64,000 bases of DNA from Bilabrum cf. latius (lineage: Eukaryota). The DNA lies in contig OZ237757.1 of assembly GCA_965178125.1 (NCBI GenBank), forward strand, positions 186,001-250,000, read 5' to 3'. The position numbers were made by a program, and so were the translations under genes. The notes under the pieces were generated by a model, which saw only the letters and a list, made by a program, of their open reading frames with translations, was not told where the DNA came from and ran no database searches. This document shows, piece after piece, positions 63,101 through 64,000 of this stretch. Positions within the stretch are counted from its first letter, which is position 1, and each line of letters opens with the position of its first letter.

Positions 63101-63893
63101 CCTCCAGATCGGTGTGGCTGGGCCCGCCCCTGTCCATTCGGGTGAGGGCGTGCATGGCGGCGTTCAGTGCCGCTCGTGCAGATTGCCGCACCACTGAAGG
63201 AGTCCCATCAAGCAAAATCGTCGAAAACCGTGAGCGGACTGTGCTGCTTGTCTACGTGTCGATTGCATCGCTTGACTTGGGGAGCTGTCGGCTTTGCGGA
63301 TTCAAGGCCGACGCCGAGGAACTTGTCGGCGCCACCCTGTGAGATGCTTCGCTTGCTGCTCGAATGGCACGCTGCAGCAAGCGTGTTGCCGAATCATTTC
63401 TCCTTTTGAATGCGAATGTACTGCTTGACAGAGTCAGTATGGGGATCAGAATTTGGTACACCCCGATAGGCAGGACGAAAAAAACCAACCGCCAATTAAA
63501 GTACTCTGGATTCTGTTCAAAACCACCTTGCGTTACAGCGTCCGATACAAGAACTGGTGCATTGCTGGTGTACATAAAGGACACGCTCCACCGTGTCGCC
63601 GTGCCTACCAGTGCAGCGAGCCACCAAATGCGTGATTCATAGCCACCGCCCATGGTTGCAAAGTACCATCGAAACAGCTGTACGATCTGGGACAGGGCTG
63701 CAATACTGCCCCAATTAATCCCTCGAAGCCACAAATTGCTGGTTGAGCCATCACTGGCCGCGCTGCCAGAGAAGCCGATAAAGGCAGACACTAACAACCC
63801 AATCGCAAGTGATAATACCTGTCTCTGGGATAAACAAACGCTGCCACAAGGACAGCAAGCAGGCCATATATGTATAGGACAGCATCCAACCAT
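60141..63893 (-). CDS. Multi-pass membrane protein, paralog D (~1,250 aa)
   Basis: ORFs 63252-63920, 62907-63215, 60786-62774 and 60360-60767 share a frame joined by TAG. Ends EFRAI[TAG]LGL then TGA 60141. ATG 63893 follows an upstream in-frame TAA at 63945. Confidence 0.8.
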
Positions 63894-64000
63894 GAAAATA
63901 GTGAGACGGCGGGGAATCAAGCGAGAATGTGTGACACAAGAAGTTTACGTCACGATGATGACCATCGGGGCTTGGCCAATGGTTCCGCATTGTGCGCGGC

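Noticed and set aside
425-63893. All genes are pseudogenes, or the TAGs are sequencing errors
   Set aside because: Interruptions are only TAG, with no TAA/TGA or frameshifts. Catalytic motifs are intact, and some TAGs are shared between paralogs.
425-63893. TAG as pyrrolysine, leaky readthrough, or ciliate code 6 (TAA also Gln)
   Set aside because: TAG aligns to Gln and shows no fixed downstream context. Ten or more per gene is incompatible with leaky readthrough. No internal in-frame TAA was found, and TAA terminates paralogs B and C where A and D use TGA.

Overview
GC-rich, intron-poor nuclear DNA of a microbial eukaryote (spliceosomal GT-AG introns, kinesin, legumain). The main result is a non-standard nuclear genetic code: TAG behaves as a sense codon, most likely Gln, while TAA and TGA remain stops. 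Reading TAG as Gln joins the fragmented ORF track into 11 long, non-overlapping genes. In order: (1) a type II membrane GT54/MGAT4-like glycosyltransferase (425-8478), interrupted by (2) an intact 2.77-kb pogo/Fot-like DD35D transposon that has perfect 25-bp TIRs, sits in a GGATCC site rather than TA, and has 10 in-frame TAGs in its transposase; (3) a ~4,800-aa coiled-coil protein with a Pro-rich tandem-repeat tail; (4) a secreted/membrane kelch-like protein; (5) legumain (4 exons, TAG at the Q of NYRHQAD); (6) a coiled-coil protein; (7) a kinesin-12/KIF15-like motor; (8-11) four tandem paralogs of an unrecognised multi-pass membrane protein family with patchy sequence homogenisation. No RNA genes or CRISPR arrays were recognised. 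All gene models were built by hand, and start codons are less certain than stops.
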